Notes under the pieces: model-generated | What the model saw: only the letters and a program-made list of their open reading frames with translations | The model's database searches: none | Told to the model about the DNA's origin: nothing | Assembly (NCBI GenBank): GCA_039588295.1 | Contig: JBDHAB010000005.1 | Span: 62,395-126,394, forward strand | Length of the DNA stretch: 64,000 nucleotides | Origin: Gemmatimonadota bacterium | GTDB lineage: Bacteria; Gemmatimonadota; Gemmatimonadetes; Gemmatimonadales; GWC2-71-9 | Direction: 5' to 3' | Made by a program: the position numbers and the translations under genes | Part shown: positions 19,723 to 29,804 of the stretch, one piece after another | How the letters are laid out: each line of letters starts with the position of its first letter | Numbering within the stretch: position 1 is the stretch's first letter

Positions 19723-20013
19723 TCAATACGCGCCGCGGGCGATGTGTCCCGGTTCGACGTGCGTGTGCACGAGCGTGAGGAAGCGCTTGGCCAGCTTGTC
19801 CGCTTCACTCTCGCCTACCTGGTCGGTACTCACGGTGATGAGGGTGTAGTGCCCCCCTTCCGCTTCGACCTTCAGGGTGATTCGCCCTATCGTGCCGTGG
19901 TAGGTTCTCGACCGATCGCCCGATTCGATCGGCTGGATCGCGTCACCGAAATGGCGGTCGGCCTCGACCAGAACCGCGTCGGGCGCGAGTGAGGTACGGT
20001 GAAAGTAGCGCAT
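19723..20013 (-). CDS. Hypothetical protein
   Basis: 96 aa ORF 3 bp after the copA stop, same strand. Confidence 0.7.
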   Translation of the reverse strand: MRYFHRTSLAPDAVLVEADRHFGDAIQPIESGDRSRTYHGTIGRITLKVEAEGGHYTLITVSTDQVGESEADKLAKRFLTLVHTHVEPGHIARGAY

Positions 20014-20016
20014 GAT

Positions 20017-22569
20017 TCACACAGCCATTGAAGGTTTGAATCGCCGGAGACGCAGGCTGTTGCCGACGACGCTCAAGCTCGAAGCGGCCATCGCTGCACT
20101 CGCCACGATCGGGCTCAGCAACAAGCCGGTAAACGGGTATAACACACCGGCCGCGAGCGGGATACCCAATACGTTGTAGACAAACGCAAAGAACAGGTTC
20201 GTCCGAATCGTTCGGATGGTGCGTCGCGACAGCTCCAGCGCCGCGACGACCCCGCCCAGGTCCCCGCGAATCAAGGTGATGTCGGACGCCTCGACCGCCA
20301 CATCGGTGCCGGTCCCGATCGCGAACCCGATATCGGCCTGTGCGAGAGCCGGGGCGTCGTTGATCCCGTCCCCCACCATCGCCACGACCCGCCCGTCCTC
20401 CTGAAGCCGGCGGATCTCATCGACCTTGTCCCGTGGATCCACCTCGGCGATGACACGGTCGATCCCCACTTCTTTCGCGATCAGCCGGGCAGATACCTTG
20501 CCGTCACCGCTGAGTAGATACAGCTCTAACCCCATCTCATGGAGCCGCCCGATTGCGGCCTTTGCCCCCGGCTTGACCTGATCGGCAATCACGATCAGGC
20601 CCTGCACCGTGTCGTTGATGACCACGACCACTGGAGAGCGGCCCGCGAGAATATGGCGCTCCGCATCGCGCTCGAGCGATCCGAGAGAAAGACTGCGCTC
20701 CTCGGCATGGCGCACGCTGATGACTTCGACGAGAAAGCGGTCGACGATTCCGCGGGCCCCGCGCCCCTCCATCGCCACGAAGCGCTCCACGCCACCGATG
20801 TCGAGTTCCTTTTGGCGGGCCGCTTCCACAATGGCTCCAGCGAGCGGGTGCTCGGAGCGGGCCTCCACAGCGCCGGCGAGGCGCAGTACCTCGCTGGGAT
20901 TGACGACGGTGGTGTCGGAACGCTTCGCGCCGAGCACGTGGGTCACCGACGGTTGTCCCTCGGTGATCGTCCCAGTCTTGTCGAACACCACCGTCTTCAC
21001 CCGCTGCACGCCTTCGAGCGCCTCTCCGCCCCGGATCAGGATCCCGAACTCGGCACCCTTCCCGGTCCCTACCATGATCGCGGTCGGCGTTGCAAGCCCC
21101 AGTGCGCAGGGGCAGGCAATGACCAACACGGTCACCAACGCCACGGTGCTGAACACGATCCGGGGATCGGGACCGAAGACCCACCAGAGCACGAACGAGG
21201 CGATGGCGATCGCGATGACGATCGGGACGAACACGCCGGCCACCTTGTCGGCCAGCCGCTGCGCAGGCGCCTTGGTTCCCTGGGCTTCCTCCACGAGCCG
21301 GACGATTTGCGCCAAGGCGGTGTCCTTGCCAACCGCCGTCGCCTCGTAGGCGAAGGATCCCGTGGCGTTCACGGTCCCCCCGAACACCCGATCACCCGTG
21401 CTCTTGGCCACCGGCATCGGCTCGCCGGTCAGCATCGCTTCATTGACCGACGACTCGCCGGACACGACGACGCCATCCACTGCCAGCGTCTCACCCGGTC
21501 GAACGATCAGGCAATCGCCAACCTCCACCTCTTCGATCGGCAGCTCGAGATCCTGCCCATCCCGCTGGACGGTTGCGGTCTTCGGCCGGAGGGCGAGCAG
21601 ACGGCGGATCGCGGCCGACGTTTGGCCCTTCGCCCGGGCTTCGAGCAACCGCCCCAGCAGAATCAGCGCGATGATGGCCGTCACCGCCTCGAAGTAGACG
21701 TCGGCGGGAAGCCCCGCCCGCTGGAAGGCCCATGGCACCAGCGTCGCCACGACCGAGTACAGGAACGCCGCTCCCGTCCCCACGGCGATCAGGGTATTCA
21801 TGTCGGCGCTCCGGTGCTTCATGCCGCTCCACGCGCCGCGATAGAACTGCAATCCGCTCCACAGCAGGACGGGGAGCGTGACCAGGAGCATGATGAACTT
21901 GAGGAGCGCGGGATCGCGCGCGGCGAAATCGTAGAGACCCGGGAGCAACCCCTGCAGGAGGCCGTCCAGGGGACGCAGCAGTCGCGCGACGAGATCGTGT
22001 TCTTTCGCTCCCATCGCGCCCATGAGCGGCATGGACGCAACCATCGTCACGGCGGCCGCAGCGGCCGCGACCACGAACTTCCAGGTGAGAATGCGAATCT
22101 CGGTCTGGCGCTTGAGACGCTCTCGTTCGACGGGATCCTCGGCCGGAACAGGCTCGGCAACCGCGAACCCCGCGCGCTGAACGGCCGTCTCCAAGTCACG
22201 GGCAGTCACCAGTCCCGGCACATACTCGACCCGCACCACCTCCAACGCCTGGTTTGCCGCAACACTCAGGACTCCGGGGAGCCCGCCCAGCTCGCCCTCG
22301 ACCCGCGCCACCCCCGGAGCGTAGTGCAACCCCTCGACGCCGAAGCTGACCGTCGCCTTCGCACAGTCGTAGCCGGCATCGCGCACCGCGTGCACCAGAT
22401 CGGCGACCTTGACGCGGCCATCATCGATCGTGACGGTCGCCTTCCCGGTCGCATAGTTGACCGCGGCCTCCTGCACTCCAGAGGCCTGTTCGAGCCGCTT
22501 CTGGACGGTGGTAGCACAGGCACCGCAGGTCATCCCTTCGACCGGCAGCGTGATGCGTGCGCTAGCCAT
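20017..22569 (-). CDS. copA: Copper-translocating P1B-type ATPase
   Basis: [37 protein letters not shown]. Confidence 0.93.
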   Translation of the reverse strand: MASARITLPVEGMTCGACATTVQKRLEQASGVQEAAVNYATGKATVTIDDGRVKVADLVHAVRDAGYDCAKATVSFGVEGLHYAPGVARVEGELGGLPGVLSVAANQALEVVRVEYVPGLVTARDLETAVQRAGFAVAEPVPAEDPVERERLKRQTEIRILTWKFVVAAAAAAVTMVASMPLMGAMGAKEHDLVARLLRPLDGLLQGLLPGLYDFAARDPALLKFIMLLVTLPVLLWSGLQFYRGAWSGMKHRSADMNTLIAVGTGAAFLYSVVATLVPWAFQRAGLPADVYFEAVTAIIALILLGRLLEARAKGQTSAAIRRLLALRPKTATVQRDGQDLELPIEEVEVGDCLIVRPGETLAVDGVVVSGESSVNEAMLTGEPMPVAKSTGDRVFGGTVNATGSFAYEATAVGKDTALAQIVRLVEEAQGTKAPAQRLADKVAGVFVPIVIAIAIASFVLWWVFGPDPRIVFSTVALVTVLVIACPCALGLATPTAIMVGTGKGAEFGILIRGGEALEGVQRVKTVVFDKTGTITEGQPSVTHVLGAKRSDTTVVNPSEVLRLAGAVEARSEHPLAGAIVEAARQKELDIGGVERFVAMEGRGARGIVDRFLVEVISVRHAEERSLSLGSLERDAERHILAGRSPVVVVINDTVQGLIVIADQVKPGAKAAIGRLHEMGLELYLLSGDGKVSARLIAKEVGIDRVIAEVDPRDKVDEIRRLQEDGRVVAMVGDGINDAPALAQADIGFAIGTGTDVAVEASDITLIRGDLGGVVAALELSRRTIRTIRTNLFFAFVYNVLGIPLAAGVLYPFTGLLLSPIVASAAMAASSLSVVGNSLRLRRFKPSMAV

Positions 22570-22993
22570 GCTTGGCGTGTCCTTTTCCGAGGTTCGCTCT
22601 GGCACCCTCACGGCCCACTTGCGCGACTACCCGTCCGCGGAGCACGGCCTTCCCGCAGCGGAACGGGTAGTCACCCGGGGCGGCCGGCGTGAATTCCACG
22701 GACGTGGTCTCGAACGGGGGCAGCTGCTGGTCGATGGCGAAGCTCTCGAACACCACGCGCTCGGAGCATTCCGCCGTCTCATCTCGATAGAACAACAACC
22801 GCACCGGGCGGCCTACCTCGACGAAAATGGTGTCGGGATCGTAGCCCCCGCGCACCACAACCCAGATCTCCTGAATCCCGGCACGGTCTCGCTGCACGCG
22901 GGATGTAGTTGGCCTCGGCCCAAGGAAGAACCACAACTCGCCGACGATCAAGGCGAGGCCGAGAACGACAACGAGCAGGTCGAAGAAGTTCAC
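22562..22993 (-). CDS. Membrane-anchored cupredoxin-domain protein
   Basis: N-terminal TM, GGYDPD, Cys residues, PGDYPFRCG; adjacent to copA. Confidence 0.8.
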   Translation of the reverse strand: MNFFDLLVVVLGLALIVGELWFFLGPRPTTSRVQRDRAGIQEIWVVVRGGYDPDTIFVEVGRPVRLLFYRDETAECSERVVFESFAIDQQLPPFETTSVEFTPAAPGDYPFRCGKAVLRGRVVAQVGREGARANLGKGHAKHG

Positions 22994-24324
22994 ACCTTCT
23001 CGTACTCGTAGTATTCGACTCCCAGATGGGTGATCTGCTCCTCGCCCATGAGCCAGCGAAGCGTGTTCTTGAGCTTGGTGTGCTGGATGAACAGATCGTG
23101 CTCAGGTGTGAGCTCGGGAGCCGCCATGGGGCTCTTGAAATAGAACGACAACCATTCCTGAATGCCTGACATCCCCACCCGCTGCGCCAAATCGAGGAGC
23201 AGTGCCAAGTCCAGTACGATGGGCGCCGCGAGAATCGAGTCGCGGCACAGGAAGTCGATCTTGATCTGCATCGGGTACTCGAGCCACCCGAAGATGTCGA
23301 TGTTGTCCCACCCTTCTTTGTTATCACCGCGGGGTGGGTAGTAGTTGATACGCACCTTGTGGTAGATCTTGCCGTACAGATCCGGATACATCGTGGGCTG
23401 GAGAATGTGCTCCAGCACGCCGAGCTTCGACTCTTCCTTTGTCTTGAACGACTCGGGGTCATCCAGGACTTCGCCATCGCGGTTCCCCAGAATGTTCGTG
23501 GAGTACCAGCCGGCGAGTCCAATCATACGCGCCTTCAACATGGGAGAGATGACGGTCTTGACCATCGTCTGTCCCGTCTTGAAATCCTTGCCCGCGATGG
23601 GCACACCTTGCCGTTCGGCGAGTTCCTGCATTGCCGGGATATCGACCGTCAAGTTCGGTGCGCCGTTCGCAAACGGCACGCCTTCCATCAGGCTCGCCCA
23701 CGCGTACAGCATGGACGGGGCAATGGATTGGTCGTCCTCGTCCATCGCCTTCTCGAACGCCGCTAGCGACTGGTGCGCCGGCCCGGGTCGAATGAACACT
23801 TCGGTCGAGGCGCACCACACGAGAACGACCCGATCGCACCGATGCTGCGTCTTGAAGGCGCGGATGTCGGCACGGAGCTGTTCGGCCAGATCCCGCTTGG
23901 ACTTTCCACTCTTGACGTTGGAGCCAGTGAGCCGTTTGACGTATTGCTGGTCGAACACGGCCGGCATCGGTTTCACCGTCTTTAGAAAGTCGGCGATGGG
24001 TTCGATATGCCGGCTGTCCAACACCCCGGCAACGTTGCACGAGTCGTAGGCATCATCGGGGATGGGATCCCATGCGCCGAACACCAGAGCGTCCAGCGAC
24101 GCCAGTGGCGCAAATTCCCGAATCAGGGGAGCACGATGCTCGGTCCTCCGCCCGAGACGGATGGTGGCCATCTGGGTCAGCGAGCCGATCGGCTTCGCGC
24201 GTCCACGACGAATATTCTCCACCCCGGCCACGAATGTGGTTGCCACTGCCCCCAACCCAACGCAAAGCACGCCGAGCGTGCCATCGGCCGGGGCAACAGG
24301 TTTCCGAGTACCGTCAGTCACCAC
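22990..24324 (-). CDS. ino1: Myo-inositol-1-phosphate synthase
   Basis: WCASTE, NGAPN, GKDFKTGQT, NILGNRDG, GDNKE, DSILAAP. Confidence 0.93.
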   Translation of the reverse strand: MVTDGTRKPVAPADGTLGVLCVGLGAVATTFVAGVENIRRGRAKPIGSLTQMATIRLGRRTEHRAPLIREFAPLASLDALVFGAWDPIPDDAYDSCNVAGVLDSRHIEPIADFLKTVKPMPAVFDQQYVKRLTGSNVKSGKSKRDLAEQLRADIRAFKTQHRCDRVVLVWCASTEVFIRPGPAHQSLAAFEKAMDEDDQSIAPSMLYAWASLMEGVPFANGAPNLTVDIPAMQELAERQGVPIAGKDFKTGQTMVKTVISPMLKARMIGLAGWYSTNILGNRDGEVLDDPESFKTKEESKLGVLEHILQPTMYPDLYGKIYHKVRINYYPPRGDNKEGWDNIDIFGWLEYPMQIKIDFLCRDSILAAPIVLDLALLLDLAQRVGMSGIQEWLSFYFKSPMAAPELTPEHDLFIQHTKLKNTLRWLMGEEQITHLGVEYYEYEKV

Positions 24325-25012
24325 TTCTTCCTTTCCTTGACGACATATCCGCCGCGAACGGCGTCAAGGTCCGAGCCTGTGTCGGTCGCCGAACGGTCCG
24401 GGTGATTCGGTGCACATGCACCACTCGCTGCACGACGGTCACGACCGAGAGGACCGCGAGCACAGCCACCACCGCCGCGAGCAAGAACCCTTGGGGGCCG
24501 GCACTGAACACCAAGCTGGGGACGCCCAGGCCAAGAATCCGCTCCGCCCGCTGCACAATTCCCACTTTGCATTCCAACCCGAGTCCTTCCGCCCGCGCTC
24601 GGGCGTAGGACACCGTGAGACCGGCCACCAGCGCCACGAGAGTGGCGAGCAGCGCCGGCACCACCCATCCCTGGGGGACACCACCGGCCACGAAGAAGAC
24701 CGCGATCCCGGCGAACAGCGCCGACTCACCGATGCGATCCAACGTCGAGTCATAGAATGCACCGAATTTGGTGACGATGTTCCCCTCGCGAGCCACCCGC
24801 CCATCCAGCATGTCGATCACACCGCTCACGAGGAGCAGCAGGCCACCAATGCGGACCTGCGCGATCCCAAACGCCACTCCGGCGCCAACCAGGATCGTGG
24901 TGCCGACCGTCGTGAGGGCGTTCGGCGACACCCCCGCCCGTGTCAGGTTCGCGACGAGCGGTGTGAGCAGGGCCTCGAAGCCCTGCCGGATGGGACGTGG
25001 TATCAGCGACAT
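24314..25012 (-). CDS. CDP-alcohol phosphatidyltransferase (likely PI/PIP synthase)
   Basis: DMLDGRVAR...GAFYDSTLDR; SYARARAEGLG; overlaps ino1. Confidence 0.88.
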   Translation of the reverse strand: MSLIPRPIRQGFEALLTPLVANLTRAGVSPNALTTVGTTILVGAGVAFGIAQVRIGGLLLLVSGVIDMLDGRVAREGNIVTKFGAFYDSTLDRIGESALFAGIAVFFVAGGVPQGWVVPALLATLVALVAGLTVSYARARAEGLGLECKVGIVQRAERILGLGVPSLVFSAGPQGFLLAAVVAVLAVLSVVTVVQRVVHVHRITRTVRRPTQARTLTPFAADMSSRKGRSGD

Positions 25013-25100
25013 TGCCGGAGGTTACAGGTCGCTAAGAATAACGGCGGCCAGGTACGGCGGCAATTCTGCCCCTGTGCCCATGCCTCGCCGGCTGCCGGTG

Positions 25101-26327
25101 TCAGCGATACAGCAGATACGGCTGACTCAGGATCCGAAAGTCCGCGAGGTCGGCCCGCCAGGAGACCGCGAGCTCCGCGACGCCGTCGCGATCTGCAAGA
25201 TCCTCGAGTATCACGTCGGTTCCGGCGAGCCTGGCAAAGCGCCGTGGATCCACACGGAAGGAATCCGGGTGCACCCGCGCGATCGCCCACACGAGCGCTA
25301 CCGCCGTCTCAACGGGATCATAGACGGCACGGTCCAACACGGTGAGCCGGAGCGCCGCGATTGCCTGATCCGGATACTTCCCGTCTGGTGGGCTCCTCGG
25401 GGTCACCACCGTATCGCGCAGGCCCACTCCCCGCCTGGCTCCAACGAGCGCACGCACGGCCTGAACGTCGAGCCACGGAGCGCCGAGGACTTGAAACGCG
25501 ACCGGCGTGCCGCGGCCCACTGACAGATTCGTGGCCTCGAAGAGCACCGTTCCGGGGTAGTGGCTTGCACTCTCCAGGCTCGGCATGCTCGGCGACGGCC
25601 GAACCCACGGAAGGCCCGTGGTGTCGAACCACAAGTCCCGGACCCACCCAGCGGCGGGAATCACGACCAGTTCCGCCCCGATATCGAGAAGGTCATTCCC
25701 CAATCGCGCCAACTCTCCGAGCGTCATACCATGGCGCAACGGCACGGGCAGCATGCCCACAAACGAACTGTGCGCGGTGTCGAGCACGGGTCCTTGAACC
25801 AACAGGCCTCCGATTGGGTTGGGCCGATCCAACACCAACACCGGCACTCCTGCCGCTCGGCACGCCCGCATGGCCAAGAGCGTCGTCGAGATGTACGTGT
25901 ACGGGCGCGCTCCGATGTCTTGCAGATCGACCAGCAGCAGGTCGATGCGCCGCAACATGTCCGGTGTCGGGGCACGGACGTCCCCATACAGGCTGTACAC
26001 CGGCAGCCCCGTCGCCGAATCCACGCCGTGACCAATGTCAGCTTGATCCAACACACCACGGTATCCGTGCTCCGGCGTGAGGATTGCACTAACTTGTGCA
26101 TCGGCCTGGAGCAGGCGATCGAGATCGCTCACCCCGGCACGATCGATTCCAGTCTGATTGGTCAGCAGACCGGCACGCTTGCCGGCCAGCAGATGCATGG
26201 AGTCGTCGAGGAGCACGTCGATGCCAGGTCGTACGGTGACGGACGGCGAAGTCCCGCCACTGCACGCGGAGAGGAGCACTCCGCACCAGAGAACACCGAG
26301 CCCCAGGGGAATAATGCGATGCGTCAT
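25101..26327 (-). CDS. DUF1343 / NamZ-type exo-beta-N-acetylmuramidase lipoprotein
   Basis: Lipobox LSAC, LTNQTG, PEHG, DLQDIGAR.YTY, LDRPNP, RHGMTLGE. Confidence 0.88.
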   Translation of the reverse strand: MTHRIIPLGLGVLWCGVLLSACSGGTSPSVTVRPGIDVLLDDSMHLLAGKRAGLLTNQTGIDRAGVSDLDRLLQADAQVSAILTPEHGYRGVLDQADIGHGVDSATGLPVYSLYGDVRAPTPDMLRRIDLLLVDLQDIGARPYTYISTTLLAMRACRAAGVPVLVLDRPNPIGGLLVQGPVLDTAHSSFVGMLPVPLRHGMTLGELARLGNDLLDIGAELVVIPAAGWVRDLWFDTTGLPWVRPSPSMPSLESASHYPGTVLFEATNLSVGRGTPVAFQVLGAPWLDVQAVRALVGARRGVGLRDTVVTPRSPPDGKYPDQAIAALRLTVLDRAVYDPVETAVALVWAIARVHPDSFRVDPRRFARLAGTDVILEDLADRDGVAELAVSWRADLADFRILSQPYLLYR

Positions 26328-29231
26328 ACGCTCGTTGCGGTAGCGGTTCTCGTGTCGGTCGGTGGGTGCAGCCACTCGACACCCCCTCCCACACCACCGG
26401 TCATTCCGGATCCGTATGCGGTTCTGCCGCCGGTGCAGGTGCCGTCGCCCTCAAAGATAACGGCCGAAGCACTTCTAGAGACGCTTTCTGTCCGGGAGAA
26501 GGCCGGCCAGCTGGTCATCCCCTGGCTCCTGGGCAACTACACGGCGTTCGACAGCGAGGAGTTCGACAGCCTCGCCACGTGGATCGACTCCCTGAACGTC
26601 GGTGGGATCATCATTTCCGTGGGACCGCCGCTCGAGATTACCGCAAAGCTCAATGCGCTCCAGGCCCGCTCGCCGATCCCACTCTTGATCGCGGCTGACC
26701 TGGAATGGGGATCGGGGATGCGGCTGCGCGGCGGCACCTCGTTCCCGATGCCCATGGCGATCGCCGCCACTGGACGCGTGTGGGACGCCTACGAGCTCGG
26801 TCGCATCACGGCGCTGGAAGCCAAGTCGGTCGGGATCCACATGACGTTCTCCCCGGTCGCCGACCTCAACAACAATCCGAACAACCCCATCATCAACACC
26901 CGGTCCTTCGGCGAGAGCCCCGAACGGGTCGCCCCACTGATCGGTGCCTACATCCGGGGCGCGACCGAACACGGACTCTACACGACGGCCAAGCACTTCC
27001 CGGGGCACGGCGACACCGACTTGGACTCGCACATCGAGCTCCCACTCGTTTCAGCCTGCTGGAATCGACTGGACACACTCGAGCTGGCACCGTTTCGCGT
27101 GGCGGTGCGTGCCGGCGTGACCGCGGTCATGACGGCACACGTCGCCGTGCCATGCCTGACCGTTGACAGCCTCGAGCCGGCAACCCTCTCTGACCGCATC
27201 ATGTCGGCGGTGCTGCGCGACTCGCTCGACTTCGAAGGGTTAGTCGTGACGGATGCGCTCACGATGGGCGCCATCGTGCGGCAATACGGACCGGGGGAAA
27301 GCGCCGTCCGCGCCTTTCTCGCCGGGAGTGATCTGCTTCTCATCCCCGCCGATCCGCGGGCCGCTATCGACGCCATCGTCGCGGCCGTGGATTCGGGTCG
27401 TATCACCCTGGAGCGGCTCGACCGATCGGTGGAGCGGCTCCTGACCCTCAAGCAGGATGCCGGGCTCTTCGACCAACGATTGGCGCCGCTCGACAGCGTG
27501 ATGCACACGGTCGGACAGCGCGATTTCCAGGCGCTGGCCGAGGACATGGCCGCCCGCTCACTCACGCTCGTCGAGCGTGGCCCGATGGACGAGTTCCGTG
27601 AGCGGCGGGGCACGCTCGCCGTGATCGCCTACGGCCGGGAGACGAATCTGTCACTCGGTGGTCGCCTCGTGAGCGAGCTGCGCCGCCTCGGCGACACCGC
27701 GACGAGCTTCCGCCTGTTTCCGGCGTCCGGGGTTGCCTCGTACGATTCGGCCCGGGCCGTCATCGACAACAGCCCGAGGGTCGTGTTTGCCATCAACGTT
27801 CCGGTGGTATCGGGGTTGGGCCACGTCGCCATGCCGGACTCGCTTGCAGCCCTGATTCTCGCCACACAGGATGCCAAGCCGACCGTGCTCGCGTCATTCG
27901 GGAATCCGTACCTCCTCTCCCAGGTTCCGGATTACCGCGGGAGCTATCTACTCGCCTGGAGCGACATTCGTCCAACGGAGCTGGCCGTCGCACGGGCACT
28001 CGCAGGGGGCGCCGAGATCCAAGGAACGCTCCCGATCACCTTGTCGCCGGACCATGCGGCCGGCTCCGGCATGCGGATCCCCGCGGCGGCCCAACCCGAC
28101 AGTGCCCTCGCGACCGGCGTGCCGGACCCGCGTCTCGCGGCCGACCCAACATTCGACGCTGCGCGGCTGGAGGGCGTTACCCGCTTCCTCGAATCCCAGG
28201 TGGCCGATGGTGCCTTCCCGGGAGGCGTGATGGTCGTGGGGCATCGGGGCGCCGTGGTATACCGAACTGCCGTCGGGCGGTACGGTGAGGACGATCCGCG
28301 CCCCGTGACTGACAGCACGGTCTACGACATGGCCAGTCTTACGAAGGTCGTCGGACTCACGACCGCCGCCATGCTGCTCGTGGCCGAGGGCAAGCTGGAT
28401 CTCGACCGACCGGTCCAGGAGTACGTGCCCGGGTTCACCGGCCCCCGCAAGGCCGAGGTGCTCGTGCGGCATCTCTTGACCCACACCTCCGGGCTCCCCG
28501 CGTGGGTTCCCCTGCACCTGGCCACGGCGAATCGTGAGGATGCCGTGCGGCGGGTGCTGGAAGAGCCGTTGGCGTCCCGCCCCGACGACAATTACGTGTA
28601 CTCGGATCTTGGCGCCATCACACTCGCGCAGGTAGTCGAAGCCGCAGCCGAGCAGCCGCTCGACGAGTTTCTCGACATCAGGGTGTTCCAACCGTTGGGT
28701 ATGCGGTACACCCGATTCCTACCGCCAGCGTCCTGGCGGCCATTCACGGCACCGACGGAACGGGACCCATGGAGAGGACGCGTGCTGCGGGGAGAGGTCC
28801 ATGACGAGAACGCGGCGCGTCTCGGCGGCGTCTCCGGCCACGCTGGGTTGTTCTCCACCGGTCCGGACCTGGCCCGGTTCGCCCTGTGGATCCTCGACGC
28901 ATACCACGGACGTCTGCCGATCGATGCGCCAGTCCAACTCCCTGCCACAGTGGTGCGAGAGTTCACGCGTCGACAGCCGGGACCAGAGGGTTCGACGCGC
29001 GCACTCGGCTGGGACACGCCGACGCCTGGCGGGGGAAGGTCATCGGGCACCATGCTGTCGCCCGCGAGCTTTGGACACACGGGCTTCACCGGCACGAGTA
29101 TCTGGATCGACCCGCAGAAGGAAGTCTTCATCATCCTTTTGACGAATCGGGTTCACCCAACGCGGGAGAACCGGGCCCTGTTGAGCATCCGCGGCATGGT
29201 AGCGGACTCGGTCCTGAGTGCGCTGCGGTAG
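26319..29231 (+). CDS. GH3 beta-N-acetylglucosaminidase fused to a beta-lactamase-like serine hydrolase; lipoprotein
   Basis: Lipobox VGGC, KHFPGHGD..DSH, TDAL; C-terminal SLTK, YSD, GHTGFTG; ATG at 26319. Confidence 0.9.
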   Translation: MRHTLVAVAVLVSVGGCSHSTPPPTPPVIPDPYAVLPPVQVPSPSKITAEALLETLSVREKAGQLVIPWLLGNYTAFDSEEFDSLATWIDSLNVGGIIISVGPPLEITAKLNALQARSPIPLLIAADLEWGSGMRLRGGTSFPMPMAIAATGRVWDAYELGRITALEAKSVGIHMTFSPVADLNNNPNNPIINTRSFGESPERVAPLIGAYIRGATEHGLYTTAKHFPGHGDTDLDSHIELPLVSACWNRLDTLELAPFRVAVRAGVTAVMTAHVAVPCLTVDSLEPATLSDRIMSAVLRDSLDFEGLVVTDALTMGAIVRQYGPGESAVRAFLAGSDLLLIPADPRAAIDAIVAAVDSGRITLERLDRSVERLLTLKQDAGLFDQRLAPLDSVMHTVGQRDFQALAEDMAARSLTLVERGPMDEFRERRGTLAVIAYGRETNLSLGGRLVSELRRLGDTATSFRLFPASGVASYDSARAVIDNSPRVVFAINVPVVSGLGHVAMPDSLAALILATQDAKPTVLASFGNPYLLSQVPDYRGSYLLAWSDIRPTELAVARALAGGAEIQGTLPITLSPDHAAGSGMRIPAAAQPDSALATGVPDPRLAADPTFDAARLEGVTRFLESQVADGAFPGGVMVVGHRGAVVYRTAVGRYGEDDPRPVTDSTVYDMASLTKVVGLTTAAMLLVAEGKLDLDRPVQEYVPGFTGPRKAEVLVRHLLTHTSGLPAWVPLHLATANREDAVRRVLEEPLASRPDDNYVYSDLGAITLAQVVEAAAEQPLDEFLDIRVFQPLGMRYTRFLPPASWRPFTAPTERDPWRGRVLRGEVHDENAARLGGVSGHAGLFSTGPDLARFALWILDAYHGRLPIDAPVQLPATVVREFTRRQPGPEGSTRALGWDTPTPGGGRSSGTMLSPASFGHTGFTGTSIWIDPQKEVFIILLTNRVHPTRENRALLSIRGMVADSVLSALR

Positions 29232-29311
29232 TCCACCACGGCCAACCACGCGCGCCGTCACCGTCTTCGCCGCGCAACTCCTCCGAGTTCAACGCGTTAC
29301 AGGCGGTCGCG

Positions 29312-29340
29312 TTGACACTCACGCCAGCACTCCCTAAGTT
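29312..29340 (+). promoter_or_regulatory. Sigma70-like promoter for the A-type carrier gene
   Basis: TTGACA-17-TAAGTT. Confidence 0.6.
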
Positions 29341-29365
29341 GCGCGAGCACATGGGAGGAACACGC

Positions 29366-29728
29366 ATGACGACGTCGCAACGTCCGGAAACGAGCGCCGA
29401 GGTCAGCCTGACCGATCAGGCGGTCGAGCAAGTGAAGAAGTTCATGGAGCAGGAGCAGGTACCCGAGGAAACGGCTGGTTTGCGCGTGTCGGTGCTGCCG
29501 GGCGGTTGCTCCGGGTTCAAGTACGGGCTCAACATTGAAGATCGTCCGCTGGACGACGACATCGTGTTGGAGGTCAAAGGCCTTCGCGTGTTTGTCGATC
29601 AGTTCAGCGCGCAGTACCTGAGCGGGACCATCGTCGACTACGTGTCGACGATGCAGGGCGCCGGTTTTACGTTCGAGAATCCGAACGCCACGGGCGGATG
29701 CGGGTGCGGTAGCTCGTTCACCGTCTAG
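29366..29728 (+). CDS. A-type Fe-S carrier (IscA/ErpA/HesB)
   Basis: GGCSGFKY, NPNATGGCGCGSSF. Confidence 0.93.
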   Translation: MTTSQRPETSAEVSLTDQAVEQVKKFMEQEQVPEETAGLRVSVLPGGCSGFKYGLNIEDRPLDDDIVLEVKGLRVFVDQFSAQYLSGTIVDYVSTMQGAGFTFENPNATGGCGCGSSFTV

Positions 29729-29804
29729 TCCCCTCGGTGGATCACGTGACTCGTCACTCGGGGCCTGCGGTCATCGCGGGCCCCGTTGTTATTGCCGCTG
29801 ATTC

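Noticed and set aside
20539..22692. 717-aa + strand ORF
   Set aside because: Antisense shadow of copA.
25560..26318. N-terminal extension of the 1223-aa ORF
   Set aside because: Overlaps the NamZ-like gene antisense; the lipoprotein signal starts at 26319.
29366..29728. HesB-like protein (and TrxB) as further selenoproteins
   Set aside because: All catalytic positions are ordinary Cys codons.
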